Shown here in pieces: positions 14,201 through 27,880 of a stretch of DNA of 64,000 bases (positions are counted from its first letter, which is position 1; every line of letters begins with the position of its first letter). The stretch comes from Chrysomallon squamiferum (taxonomy: Eukaryota; Animalia; Mollusca): contig CM022665.1 of assembly GCA_012295275.1 (NCBI GenBank), positions 42,284,001 through 42,348,000 of the forward strand, read 5' to 3'. The notes under the pieces were generated by a model, which did no database searches, was not told the DNA's origin, and saw only the letters and a list, made by a program, of their open reading frames with translations. Made by a program: the position numbers and the translations under genes.

Positions 14201-14877
14201 CAAATACTGAATCTACAGTATAGCCAATCTGGCGTACTGACAAAGGTATATATTTTAATAAACTTAAATAAACACTGGATCCTATTTTACACAGAAGTTT
14301 ATTTCTAAGCGGCCAGTATGTTACTGGAAGCGAACCCATTAGCAGTCTGTGCATTCACCGAGTCGGGTACACAATATAACAGCACTTAAGCATGATCAGT
14401 CGTCCGTGACCGCTCATTATTTATAAATTACAGGTGTGAGTCCAAAGGTGTACCGTGACGTGGAGTCCTCGATCGCTGACCAGGTTTCTCAGTTTATGTG
14501 TGTATTGGGGTCAGTGTGTATTGTACAGAATGAGACGAAACCAGGCAATGAAGCGCCGCCATATTGTTGTCTCGATTGAGAAAATCGCCCGTGGGTGCCG
14601 CAGTGTTAGATGGGAAACACCGATAACGCAAATACACGTGGAATAGAAAGAGGCATGTAGTGAAGGTGAAACCAGGTTTGATATGTTCTCAAGTGAGTAA
14701 CACAAGTTGTAAAAAAAAAGGGCGTGGTCGCGTCAGTCCACGTGCAGAGAGGGTATCAGTTTCATCAAAGAAATTGAAAAAAAAAAATAATAATAAAAAA
14801 AAAAAAAAAAAAAAGGAGTGAAGATTGAATTGTGAGTCGGGGAGATTTGTAAATGAAATATATTCATACGTACAATG

Positions 14878-14980
<103 letters not shown>

Positions 14981-15949
14981 CTACGTAAAACATTTATTAT
15001 AAATCATTGTATGATGTGTGTGTGTGTTTTGTGTGTGTGTATGAGTGTTTTATGTGCGTGTGTGTATGTGTGTTCGTATGTGTGTGTCTGTGTGTATATG
15101 TGTGTGTGTATGTGTGTGTGTCTGTGTGTGTACATAGATATATAGGTAGATATATAGATAAAGATAGATACAGATACCCACAAAGTCAGATGATATTATA
15201 CAGAATGTAAAACAAGATATAATTCGAGAAATGAGCATTATTATACAGAATATTGCACATACCATACCATAATTTCATAGGTCATTCTTTCCAATAACAT
15301 TTTATAACAGTGCAATTTAATACGCAAGTGTATTATACAGAAATTATTTCACGTATTATTATTATTATTATTATTATACAATAGTATGAGTTAATAAGTC
15401 ATTGTCGACACCTGTATTATATAGAAAATAGAGCACATTATTATTATACAGTATAATGTCATTTTATGCGTTTTTGTATTCATCATTAAACAGAAATATT
15501 GCTAATTATAAATATACAAAACAACGTCATTTTAAACGTCATTTAATACTATATGGATACTATAGTACAAAGTATTATTACAGAAAACACGTTGTTTAAT
15601 ACATCATTGTATCCACTTATAATACAAAGAAAATATTACACATAAAACTACTATACATCATCATTTTACCCATATTGTATAGAAAGTATTGCACATACTA
15701 TTATTATACAGTAGGTTATTTAATACGTCAATGTATTCACCCATGTTATTATTATACAGTACGTCAACCCAAATCATAACTCAAACTATTATTATGAATA
15801 TTATAAAATATTACATAATTTAATACGTCATTGCATTTACCCATATTGTATAGAAAGTATTGCACATACTATTTTATACAATACAACGTCATTTAATAGC
15901 TCGGTGTATTAACTAGTATTATAAAGAAAATACTGCAACATTTTTTATT

Positions 15950-16460
15950 ATCATTTGATACGTCATTGTACTCACCCGTATTACATAATAAATATTGCAC
16001 GTACTATTATTATACAATATGTTATTTAATATATTCACCAGGATTACATAATAAATATTGCACGTACTGTTATTATACAGTAAGTTATTTAATACGTCAG
16101 TGTATTCACCCGTATTACATAATAAATATTGCACGTACTATTATTATACAATATGTTATTTAATACGTTAATGTATTCACCATGACTACATAATAAATAT
16201 TGCACGTACTGTTATTATACAGTAGGTTATTTAATATATTCACCAGGATTACATAATAAATATTGCATGAACTATTATTATACAGGTTATTTAATATATT
16301 CACCAGGATTACATAATAAATATTGCACGTACTATTATTATACAGTAAGTTATTTAATAGGTTATTGTACTCACCCGTATTACATGATAAATATTGCACG
16401 TAATATTATTATACAGTAGGTTATTTAATACGTCATTGCATTCACCCATGTTATTATTAT
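15950..16460. repeat. 60-72-bp minisatellite, about 7 copies, with decayed copies back to about 15200
   Basis: Anchor AAATATTGCA(C/T)G at about 15990, 16053, 16125, 16195, 16258, 16318 and 16389. Confidence 0.9.
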
Positions 16461-17619
16461 ACAGTACGTCAACCCATATTATATGGAAATCATAACTTAT
16501 ATTATTATTATGAATATTACGTCATCTAATACGTTTCGCTGTATTACGTTGTGGTTATCACTCAAGGTCATTCGATCACGCTTTGTGATACGACCAACAC
16601 AAAAATACTGGCACGTGATTACAGCAGGTAACGTAATATCATAAAGGATGTGGCTTTGTGGCCAGTTTTCTGATAAATTGTAGCAGTTTGAATTTTTTTT
16701 TTTTTTTTTTTTGGTCTAATAATAAAATAATAGCACGTGTCATATTAAATTCAAATCAGAGAACCGTGTTCTTTAAGATCAGCTGTTACGTTATTAAACT
16801 ATAAAGAAGAATGAAAAAAAAAAAAAAAAAAAATGTTTTTGCCTTTATCTTTGAAAGACCGACTGATGAGACCGTGCTGTTGGTTGGAACGGGAAATAAT
16901 TGTTTTATTACAAAATGGTGAATGATGGAAACTTTCTTTTCTTTTCTCTTTAAAACATGTCAAGACTGATGTTTAGAAATTAATTACTGGCTGGATACAG
17001 AAATAATTCTCACGTGAAGAATTAGAGATTAAAATAAATTTCGTTTTAACTTTTCTTTAAAATGCACCACGTCCGATTTTGTGATTTTACAGTGGAAAAT
17101 ACTCGTTAACGACAAATTAGTCATTAAAATAAATTTAGTATGTGATTTTCGTGTTTTCTTTAACATACACGAAAACGTATATCAGCGTTTTGAGAAGTCT
17201 TGATTGGAACTGGAAAGCATCGGTTTATGACAAATTAGTGATAAAGATGAAATTTATTTCTGTTCTCTTTAAAACACACAATTTTACACTCAGGATTTAA
17301 ATACTAGTAAAACTGGTTGGATTGGGAAATTACTCTTATTCACTTATTTATTTATTTATTTATTTATTTTGAATTCTGTAATAAATAAAACGTATAAATT
17401 CCATATTTACTGAAATAATAATTATTATTAATTCGTTTTTTTTTTTTTTTTTTAAATATATTACGATTTTCTGTATGATATCGATATTTTAATTTGGAAT
17501 AGTCTCTTTTTTCCCTCGTGTACATAAGAAATCTATAACGCGGTTTTAATCATCCAAATCTAATTATCCATGACAACTTGACGTCATCTCTCGTTAATCT
17601 GCACCTGTCTATAATGGAC

Positions 17620-17960
17620 AGTACCGTGAAATAGATACCCCTGACCCAATTTCAGCCAGTCATTATTTCCCCGAGTCCGGCGTTCAGACCACGCCTCTTT
17701 GTCAACTGTTTGTGTTTTCTAAAACGGGGAAGATTCTCTTCGCCATTATTGCGAAAGTTTCGTGAGGATTGCTTGTCTCGCAGTCGTGAGCTCTAATGAG
17801 CAGCCGGTATTGTCCAGAGCCGGTGGACAATGGCGAGCTCGCGCGCGCTGCACGAGCGGACGCCGAGTCACGTGCACAGTTACAATCTGCGTTATGAAAC
17901 GGTGTTTTAATTCTAACGCAACAAAGCGTCGAAGAGTTTCTTTGTCAGACGTAATCTCTT
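17620..17960. promoter_or_regulatory. CpG-rich regulatory island (RORE, KLF-like site, E-box, inverted SOX-like pair)
   Basis: TGACCCAATTT 17642-17652, GACCACGCCT 17687, ATTGTCCA-N7-TGGACAAT 17809-17831, GCGAGCTCGCGCGCGC, and GTCACGTG at 17867. Confidence 0.45.
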
Positions 17961-18195
17961 GTAAAAATAATTTACATTTTTTTTTCTTTTTCTTTTTTTT
18001 CTATCCTGTAACAGACAAAGACTGGTTTGTCCACACACAATCTAGCGGAGTTTCTCTGTGTTGTAGAAATTTGATTAAAATCGTCGTCGTTTTCATTTAA
18101 TAATAAAGTGAAGGTCAACTTTGTGTTTTGTATTTAACTCTGTATGTATGTGTATATATGTATGTATACGTATGTATGTATATATATGTATGTGT

Positions 18196-18238
<43 letters not shown>

Positions 18239-18409
18239 TATATGCATGTATATAATTCAGTATGTATGAATGGGAGGACTGATGGATGGATGGATGTATG
18301 TGTAGGTATTATAAGTATGCATGTCTATGTATGTGTGTCTGTGTATGTTTTTGTGTACGTATGTATGTGTGTGTATGTATTTTAGGATTTCGAATATTCT
18401 CTGTCTTAT

Positions 18410-18590
18410 GTACGTCTGAACAGACTCTGTACATAGACAATATTTGGGAACGCACTGGCGCAGGAGGACAAAGTCCAATCATGACCTCACAAACCCGTCA
18501 GATGCCGCTGACGAGACTCGAACGTATGACACCCATTCACCCGCACTCCGAAGGCGTACGACGTTACGGTCGGGCCATCAAGACAACCTT
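18410..18590 (-). mobile_element. tRNA-derived SINE 5' head, degenerate, embedded between (TATG/TG)n tracts
   Basis: The minus strand reads GGTTGTCTTGA-TGGCCCGACCG (A-box-like, 18567-18577) ... GTTCGAGTC (B-box-like, 18515-18523), with tRNA-like spacing but no intact cloverleaf. Confidence 0.55.
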
Positions 18591-19388
18591 ATGTATGTAT
18601 GTATGTATGTGTGTGTATGTGCGTATATGGATGGATGGATGTATGTATACAAACCGATGTATGTCTATAGTATTCTCTGTATTCAATTTACTTTTTTTTT
18701 AATCCAAGCAAATGTATGTTTAATATGTTAGAAAATTGACTGGAGAGAATGTTTGATATGCCTCTAAGTAATATCTCTGTACAAACCGGTGCAAGGAAGA
18801 GGTCTTATTATTTACTGTTTTATAACATTTTTTTCTTGACTATCCTGTCAGGCATAAAATACATCAGCAATATGACTTTCTAACTCATAGCTGTACTTAA
18901 TGACTTAATTAATTTTAACTAAAATCGTAAAATATTTTTTTTTGGCATTAACATGGAAATTTCGCATTTAGCACATCGAGAAATAAAATGAAAAATACTA
19001 TTTAAAGTTAATTTGTAATATTTTCTAGTTGTATTTGTAATTATTAAATTAAGAAAGAGTAATTCGGCAGTATCACGTGATCACGTGATTGTAAATTTTT
19101 CTTAATGAGATGATTAGTTTGTACGTTGAGTTGTCGGGTTCAAGGTAAAAACTTTTTTATTTTATTTTTTATTTTTTTAAATTTTTATTATTTCTTTTCA
19201 TTTCTTCTTATGATACTTTTTTCTTTCAAGATTTTTAACCTTTTAAGAGTTAAGTGATCAGAAAATGATTTCGGTGTTAATTGTGTTTGCAAGAAATAAA
19301 GTGAAAAGACTTTTGCTACAGCTATTTGCAGTAAAACATTTTTTATTGTAATCAATTATAAATATATATATATATATAAATGAATAAA

Positions 19389-19449
<61 letters not shown>

Positions 19450-19450
19450 C

Positions 19451-19500
<50 letters not shown>

Positions 19501-20239
19501 TAATAATAATAATAATGATAATAATAATGATAATAATAAAATATAAAGTACAAAGTATAATGGAAAAAGAAATTTCAAAAAATTAAAAAGATAAGAAAAA
19601 AGATAAAGAAAAGAAAAAGAGAAGAAAAGAAAAGACCCCCCTCACACACTAAAACCAAAACAAAATAAATAAATATGTAAGGCTGGCAGAGAACAAATAA
19701 ATAAACTAAATAACAGAATCAACAACAACAACTACAACAACAACAACAACAAAACCAAATAACAGAATCAACAACAACAACAGCAACAACAACAACAATT
19801 GTTTAAAATAAAATACAGAAAACAAAGATAAGCCATAACAAAATTATTTTGGAGTTTAAATTTAGAAATACATTTGGTCGTTTCAAAATAATTCTTTCTT
19901 TCTTGTTCTCCAACTTTTTTTTTTTTTTTTTTTTTTCGTCTTCTTCTTCTTATTATTTTTTTTATTTTTTTTATTATTATTTTTTTTTCTTTTCAGTAAT
20001 TACAGTACCTTATTCTAACATATGTAATTAATACGTTTTTAACGAGATGTTTTATAAATCAGAAGACTTCGGTTCAAACGTAATAAGGAAATCCCATCCC
20101 AGGTAATTTGGACATTGTTGTCGAAGCCATTACTGTACATTACTTAATCCATGTAATTATAATAATAATTTAATCAGCACGTTAAACACAGGATAATACC
20201 TTGTTTACTATAAAAACCTCAGCTGGAAATATTTAAAGA

Positions 20240-20276
<37 letters not shown>

Positions 20277-20581
20277 TAATTTCTTTTCTGTCGTTATATA
20301 TTTTTTTTCTTTCCAGAATTTTCGATCTGAAAAACTTAATCAGACAGGCAGGTGAAACCTGCGACTAAGGAAAGGATGAAAAAAAAAAAAAAATAAATTC
20401 AAAAAAAAAAAAAAATAAAATGTAATAGTGTTAATTTATATAATAGTAGTAGTAATGACAGGAGTAGTAGTAGTTGTTGTTGTTGAGGTAGCATAGCAGT
20501 TGTGCGACTAAGGAAAGAAACAGGACAATTTTTTTTTTTTTAAATGTAGCTGTTGTTGCTGTAGGAATGGTAGAAGTATTG

Positions 20582-20621
<40 letters not shown>

Positions 20622-21214
20622 CTGAGATGGTAGCAGTAGTAGTAGCAACTTTGATACTGGTGCTGATGTTGTTTGTATCAATAACAACAGAGGAATTTGT
20701 TGTAGTAGTTGTTGCTATAGTAGTTGTACTGATAGCATTAACGGTAGTAGTGTAGTAGTAGTAGTAGTAGAGATTTTAGTAGTAGACGTACTAGCGGACC
20801 GTATTTAGCAATAGAAGTAATAGCAGTAATAATTATGGTAACAGTTTTTCTAGTAGTAATTGGTAATAGTAGTAGCAGTAGTGATTATGATGATGATGCT
20901 GATGATGGTGCTGATGACGATGACAATGAAGACAATGCAACACAATTAACAACAACTCGTATTACATTACTGCTACTACGTTTTACTAATGCTACGAGTA
21001 CCACGTTTATGCTACCAATATTTCTACTGCTCTGCTGAAGTTACTACAACAACGACGATGATCATGATGATAAAAACAACAGCAGCGATAACAAAGACAA
21101 CAAAATGATAATAATAACAATAACAAAATAAAAATAAGAATAACTACAATTACATCAACAACAACAACAATAACAATAATACTAAAATTATTAAATAATA
21201 ATAATAATAACAAC

Positions 21215-21264
<50 letters not shown>

Positions 21265-21918
21265 TAATAGTAATAAAATCCCTAATAAATTCAGCCCACA
21301 GCACAATAACAGAGATTTGACCTCCATTGTATACTCAACAATCAAATTTGACCTTCACTCTCTTATTAGATAAGAAGACGGTAATGGCCCCGCTAGCTCT
21401 AACACTTTTTTTTTTTTTTTTTTTTTTATCACTGTTATTATGAACACCCCTCTGTCCTTGCATGACTCAGCTAAGAGGGACAGCCCCTGGGCCAAAGGCG
21501 AGGGCGGGTCCAAATCTTTTGGTAGGTTCGTGGATCCCAATCCACCGATTTTTAAATTATTTTTTTATTTTATTTTGACTAATCAGAAAAATCCTGTAAA
21601 GATGATTTTATTGGTGATGATGATAATAATAACGATGATGGTTGTGATGGTGATGATGATGATGATGATAATATGAGTATTATTACATTAATTTTTTTAT
21701 ATTTTTTTTATATTTTGCATAATCTGAAAAAAAAAAAAAATAAAAAAAGGTGATGATAGTGAAATAACGATATTGGTTATGATATGATAATTATGATGAT
21801 GTTGATGATGATGATAATGATGATGATATGAGTATTGCATTATCACAAAATGTTGTCGTGTTTCATTATGACGTTGTTTTACACAATCCCGCGTCGACAG
21901 CGACGACTTCAAAGAAAA

Positions 21919-21987
21919 CATCAGTCCAGAGATTTACGGGGGTGGGACTGCGTACCTCCGACCACGCCCCTGGACCCGCTGCTGCTG
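21919..21987. mobile_element. Possible decayed MITE remnant of the GGATCCAG...GGGG...CCCCTGGATCCGCCCCTG type
   Basis: GTCCAGAGATTT..GGGGG ... CCCCTGGACCCGCTGCTG is an imperfect fold-back. The family resemblance is from memory only. Confidence 0.25.
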
Positions 21988-22421
21988 AAATGGGAATGGG
22001 CGGAACCTGCCTTTCACTGCTGTAGTGTTCTTTGTCCACGTCAGTCCTGACGTCTCAGGTTTCGAGGGTTTAGGTGGCCGAAATGTTTGATGGGCAAACA
22101 ATGGATTCATCGTAAACGAATTGCGGGGTATTGCGAAAAAAAAAAAAAAAAAATGTCAGATGTTAGGATAAAGGTTTTGTGAAGGTCATTTATTGTATTG
22201 CGGGTTTTTTGTTGTTGTTGTTGTTGTTATTATTTATTTATTTATTTAATGACCGTTATCATTATCATGATTATTATTTCTGCAGTACTTAATATCATCA
22301 GCATGATCTTCGTTGTTGTTGTTATTGCTATTTTATTCTTGTTGAATTTGTTATTTGCTTCTTCTTCTTCTTCTTCTTATCGTTGTTATTAATATTACTA
22401 CTGCTACAGTGACCGCTGCTG

Positions 22422-22490
<69 letters not shown>

Positions 22491-23154
22491 ATACTAATAC
22501 TAATACTATTACTGCTAGGCATATTATTATTACAACTTATTAAATTGTAATAATGTTTTTAAGTATCCCGCTAAAGATCTCACTACATATCGATTATATC
22601 AGATTTTGATCCAGGGACTGACAAAAAGAAAGATATCTGAACAATTAATAAATGTAAAAATATCTAAATAAATAACTAAATAAATAAATAAATACAGTTT
22701 CACTCTGTCTGTCTGATTCTTCCACTATTTTTGATTATTAAATAATATTCTAACTAAATTCTTAATACAGTCACTTACACCGTGTTTCTTTCTGAATGAC
22801 CAGATATTCATTTCAATAACCAGCGATAAAAACAAAATTAAAAAAAACCCAGTCTGCTTCAGTGATTATATTAAACAAAACTGATATCAACTTAACAGAA
22901 TATTCAACCGAATTTCAAGACTTTGTCAATATTCTAGATAAAACATTCTTTTCCATTCAGTTGAATAGATGATAGATATTCTACACACTTTATGAATTTA
23001 TGTTTATTTGTATCTTTGTGTATTTATGTATGTGTTTGTAAATATGTCCGTTTGTATGTATGTATGTATGTATGTATGTACGTATATGTATGTATGTATG
23101 TATGTATGTACGTGTACGTATGTATGTTTATATGTCGAGGTTAGAACACATCTG

Positions 23155-23194
<40 letters not shown>

Positions 23195-23509
23195 TATAGA
23201 TATAGATATAGATTTAGATATAAATATGAAATTGTCTGGCCCAGTGTACGTGCTTGTTACTCACTATGATACAACAATCGCCAATGAAAACCACAACAGA
23301 CAAACAGACTGATTTTACAGATCACAGAAAATCCTTTAACTTGGATTGTCTCTTTCTTTCTTTCTTTCGTGTATAAAATAACATTATGTCAACATACGAT
23401 AACAATAACTCCTCTTCGTGCAAAGATTTCTTCTACGTTTTTCTAGCAATTCATGTGAAAAACGCCCACAATAAAAAAAAAAAAAGCCGAGACATTCTCC
23501 CAGATGGAC

Positions 23510-23650
23510 AAGCCAATTGCTCCGTTAACAAATGACCATTGGCTATTTGTCCGAACGCGCTATAACGCCCGCCCACTTCCATATAAGGAAAAGCGGTATT
23601 GATCGCGGACGAGAGAATCCCGAGTGGACGGCAGACTGGTCATTCGAGGA
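23510..23650 (+). promoter_or_regulatory. Candidate Pol II core/proximal promoter with serum-response-type element
   Basis: CCAAT ~23513, ATTGG 23538, CCGCCC ~23569, ETS core CACTTCC 23574-23580 overlapping CArG box CCATATAAGG 23579-23588, and Inr-like TCATTC 23640-23645. Locally CpG rich. Confidence 0.55.
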
Positions 23651-23728
23651 CAAAACGCCTCTCAAGCTGTAAATTAAAAAGGACAGCAGTGGACAAGAGC
23701 GGAATGTGAAACCAGTCTAAACAAATTC

Positions 23729-23759
<31 letters not shown>

Positions 23760-24669
23760 GTTCTGGTTTTTATTGTTCGTTTGTTTGCTAGTACTTCCGG
23801 TTGCTTCGAGAAACAAAATATTTTTGTTTAATTCGCGTATAAAACTGGAAGTGAAAAATGTTTTCTTTGAAAGATTGTTTTTTTTTCTTCGTCTTCTTCT
23901 TCTTCTTTTTAACAAAGAAGAATATTTTAACAGCGAGTCCAATAATGAAAATAAAACGCGATTTTCTAAAAAGTGAAAAAAAAAAAAAAAATGTTATGAT
24001 TTTTCGAGTATAAAGAGTTCTGAGGACAATACTGCCTGTTTACGATGTGTTAGCTAGATTTGACAAAACCAAGATATGATAATTGAAAAATGACAAAAAG
24101 ATTTTGAGAAAAAGATATAACTGCAGTGATAAACCTTTATAACCATCGTATGGCTGTTTACAAAATATGTTCAGCTGGGAATCATAAAAAAAAAAAAAAA
24201 AAATGATATGAAAGGTGATAGTGTGTTATGATTTCAGAAAATTTTATTCAAACTCTACTCCGTTTTGTATTTATAAAAACAAAATTACATGAAATGTCGA
24301 CATTGAAAATATTAAGCACTGCGTATTTTATTCCTTTTCTTTGCGTTTTCGTCTGTCTGTCTGTCTGTCTCTGCCAAAATGTAGGCGTGTGTGTGTTTGT
24401 GTTTGTGTGTGTATTTGCGTACGTGTGTGTGTGTGCGTGTGTGTGTGTGTGTATAAATTTATGTATGTGTATTTACTTGTGCATAAGTGTGTGAATGTGA
24501 GAGCATGTATGTTTAACGATGAGAGAACAACTTTGAAATTTAAATTATCTATCAAACGTTATTAAATATTGAATTAAAACAATAATAATTGAAATAAAAT
24601 TTCAGTGTCAAATATTTACTGGGTTAAGAAACAACATATTATTTTTAAAGTTTTATTTAAATAAATTAA

Positions 24670-24709
<40 letters not shown>

Positions 24710-25427
24710 CAAGTTGTTTTGTTAATGTGGCATGAGACTGCACGAAAACGAGTTTGTAGTCTCTATTATTCTAATTCCTTGCCGTTCATTTACAAGACTG
24801 TCAGACGAGGTTGGAGTACAAAAATAGAAAAAATAAAAATCATTTTATTTGCAATGTGGTGAGCCGCAATATTATAAATGTAAGGCCTTCTTTATATTTA
24901 TTTTAAATCGTTCTCTGCGCATGAGCAGTTTCTTTCATATCTCTCTTTTCTGTGTGTACAAATTACCCCTAATAACGGCAACCAGTACTTAAGGAAAGCG
25001 CCATTGTGGAAATGTCAGATTCTGTCCCCGTATATTTGCGTAGGAAATTTAATTTGTATTAAGCAACCGAGGCGTGGAATTTACAAATGCATGTGCGCGC
25101 GCTCACACTCGAAAATGTATTTTAAAAAAAAACCGTGTACCTGAAGCACGCTTACATACAAATACAGAAACGTGCGCGCACACACACACACACACACATA
25201 GACACGTACACGACTTCTGTAGAAGAAATAGTGATAGCAGCTGCAGTTGTTGTAGTTAATCTGCAGCAATAGTAGTAGTAGTAGTAATAGTAGTAGTATA
25301 AGCAGCACTGATAATAGTAGTTGTAGTAGTAATAAGGAGTGAGTAACAACATCGCCATCATTATTATAATATCGACAGTATCATCATGGTTATCATTATT
25401 ATTATCATCATTATCCTGCTCCTCCTT

Positions 25428-25480
<53 letters not shown>

Positions 25481-25794
25481 ATCTGATTTATAAAATTATT
25501 ATACTTTATTCTTCTGGTAAAAATGGGTGCCGTTAAACATTTGAGTAGCTGTCAGTGTTAACAACGGAACAGTCTTAAAAAAATGCAGTAAGAAATAAAA
25601 CTTTAAAAACCAGTGGTCCAGATGTTTAAACCAAAACAATACACTGGTCAGTCACCAAGGTGACAAAACGTTTATCATTCTCTGTCTGTCCAGCTGTTTG
25701 TCTGTCTGTCTGTCAAGGATTTTTATAAATCTGATGATGGGTGATGTTTAAAAACAAAATTCAGGGAGAGAAGAAAAAGAAAAAAAGAAATCCT

Positions 25795-26156
25795 TGAAGT
25801 TGAGTCATGCAGACAGACAGGCCCGTCCTACTTAAACAAACAACAACCTGGTCACGTTTTTGTTACCCAGTACAGACACCCTTGCAGTGGACAGCAGCTG
25901 AGTAGAAAGGAGAGAAAGGTTCCTTATCTGCCAGTTGTTAGGTTTTCTTCACGAGAAGACACTGACTGTCATCAGCCCGGTGCAAGAGGTCTTTTCAGCG
26001 TGTGAGTCTGGCAGAGTGTGGCTAGGTCATGTCACTTCGGCAGAAGACATTAGTTTATTAGTTGGGCAGGGCTGAAATGATCTCACGTCAGTGAAAGATT
26101 TTATTTCGCTCGATGGGCAGGACTCGGTGTTCCAGGTGACGCGACCCTAAGTGATT

Positions 26157-26189
<33 letters not shown>

Positions 26190-26700
26190 CTTGTGTCGTC
26201 TGCTTCTAATAGTTGAGTCGTCTGCTGCTGCTGGTTGTGATCACCTGGACATGCGGCAGGTGAACCGGGCGAGCTGGCTTGCATTATCTGAGAAAACACG
26301 CTATCAATGGCGGTCATCTACTTGTAATAGGCCGCTTTCACACATCAACAATCTTGTGCAACAAATTATAAGCTTTTGTCAGGCTTCGCCATGTCACTTT
26401 CTCTTTGTGTGTGTAAGACCAGATGGTCTTCCTCCATCTATCAAAACAAGATACCGAGGCGACATCGTAGAGATGAATCAAGTGTCTGTGTGTGTAAGGA
26501 TCGTTTCAAGCAGTTCTCGTCCTCATGTAAAATTAATGTGTACAGTTGGGTGTATTGTAATGTGGAGGAGAATTAAAAGTCGTTACTTCCCGCTTGACAC
26601 AGCCACGAAGTCCTGCTTACGTTTTCACTAGTTCAGTCTGCGAGAAATTCCATGACTGCTTGTCGTGCAGTAAAATAGCTTCTTTTTCTTCTTGTTTTTC
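25795..26700. promoter_or_regulatory. Long unique-sequence island, probable enhancer
   Basis: AP-1 TGAGTCA 25801, CACGTCA ~26084, two GTCGTCTGC (26195, 26217), several CAGGTG/CACCTG. The 146-aa ORF at 26191 has no recognisable domain. Confidence 0.4.
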
Positions 26701-26718
26701 TCTCCCAGAGAGAGGGGG

Positions 26719-26812
<94 letters not shown>

Positions 26813-26819
26813 CTTGTGT

Positions 26820-26975
26820 GTATGTGAGAGAATTTGTGCGTATGTATGTGTGTTTATGTGAGAGATAGGGAATTTGTGCGTTGTGTGTGTTTATGTGAGA
26901 GATAGGGAATTTGTGCGTGTGTATATGTGTGTGAGAGAATTTGTGCGTGTGTGTGTGTTTACGTGAGAGAGAGAG
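26820..26975. repeat. ~30-40-bp GT/GA-derived minisatellite (GTGAGAGATAGGGAATTTGTGCG...), about 4 copies, following (GA)n 26721-26806
   Basis: GAATTTGTGCGT recurs 4 times. Confidence 0.75.
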
Positions 26976-27081
26976 ATAACTACTGGATATAGGAAATTAT
27001 AATTATATACTGTAAAAAGACTTTTGAATAAATCAACATTATTATTCACAGTCTTGTTGTAGACGGAGTTGGCGTTTTGGT

Positions 27082-27124
<43 letters not shown>

Positions 27125-27599
27125 TTCACTGTTTTATTCTTTTATTTATTGTTTTATATAGTTTCACTTTTATTTCTTTAACGTGAACTTAATTACAATA
27201 TACAAAAATATCTACATGTCGAGCATGACGCCATATTTAGCTTTCATATTTCAGCACATAGTTGTTTTGTTTTGGTACGTGAAAACAGAGAAACGGGAAC
27301 AAATTGAAATCTCTTTATTACATACATCGAGACTGGAAGTCACTTCACATAAAATAACTAAAATAAAATATATACTCTTTACTTTCGTTTTAGGATTTTT
27401 ATAACTAATGACAAACTAAATATATTTTCAAAATTTATTAAATTAGATACAATATCTTTATGGCGGGAAAAAAACAAGTCCTTAAACTAATAATATAATA
27501 ATAAAAATAATAAAATTATAATTATATTTATCATTATTATTGTTATTATCATTATCATCCTCCTCATTATTATTATTATTATTGTTATTATTATTATTA

Positions 27600-27641
<42 letters not shown>

Positions 27642-27860
27642 TTATTATCATTATCCTCATCAATGTTATTATTATTATTATTATTATTGTTGTTGTTGTA
27701 TGCATCAACATATGGGTGACTGCGGGTCTGTTTACTCAATCTTTCTTCGTTGTTGTTGTTGTTTTTTCTGTAACGGAGACCAGTGAGACGGGACGCACGT
27801 GTTATTATTTCTGCGCTGCAAAGTGGAACGCGTTGATGAAAGAACAGAACCCGTTATCCC

Positions 27861-27880
27861 TGACCCGCCCTGACCCGCCC
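27861..27880 (-). promoter_or_regulatory. DR4-type nuclear receptor element fused to GC boxes
   Basis: TGACCC-GCCC-TGACCC-GCCC = GGGTCA-N4-GGGTCA on the minus strand. Confidence 0.4.

Noticed and set aside
14455-14700. Possible exon 14529-14692 (TGTACAG acceptor, A|GTGAGT donor) and ORF MRRNQAMKRR...
   Set aside because: Stops occur in all three frames across the exon and the peptide is unrecognisable. A non-coding exon cannot be supported without RNA data.
16855-16910. Hammerhead-like CTGATGA-GACC-N8-GGTT-GGAAC
   Set aside because: The conserved GAAA is mutated, and I cannot find stem I/III pairing or a cleavage triplet. At best it is a dead relic.
20360-20520. Local 15-bp duplication TGCGACTAAGGAAAG
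   Set aside because: Only two copies, around simple repeats. This is an ordinary local duplication.
18786-25996. CCGGTGCAAG(GAAG)AGGTCTT at about 18786 and about 25977
   Set aside because: Short gapped match with no flanking homology, so plausibly chance.
26191-26631. 146-aa ORF
   Set aside because: TTG start directly after poly-T, no recognisable domain or convincing splice sites, and it overlaps motif-rich regulatory-like DNA.
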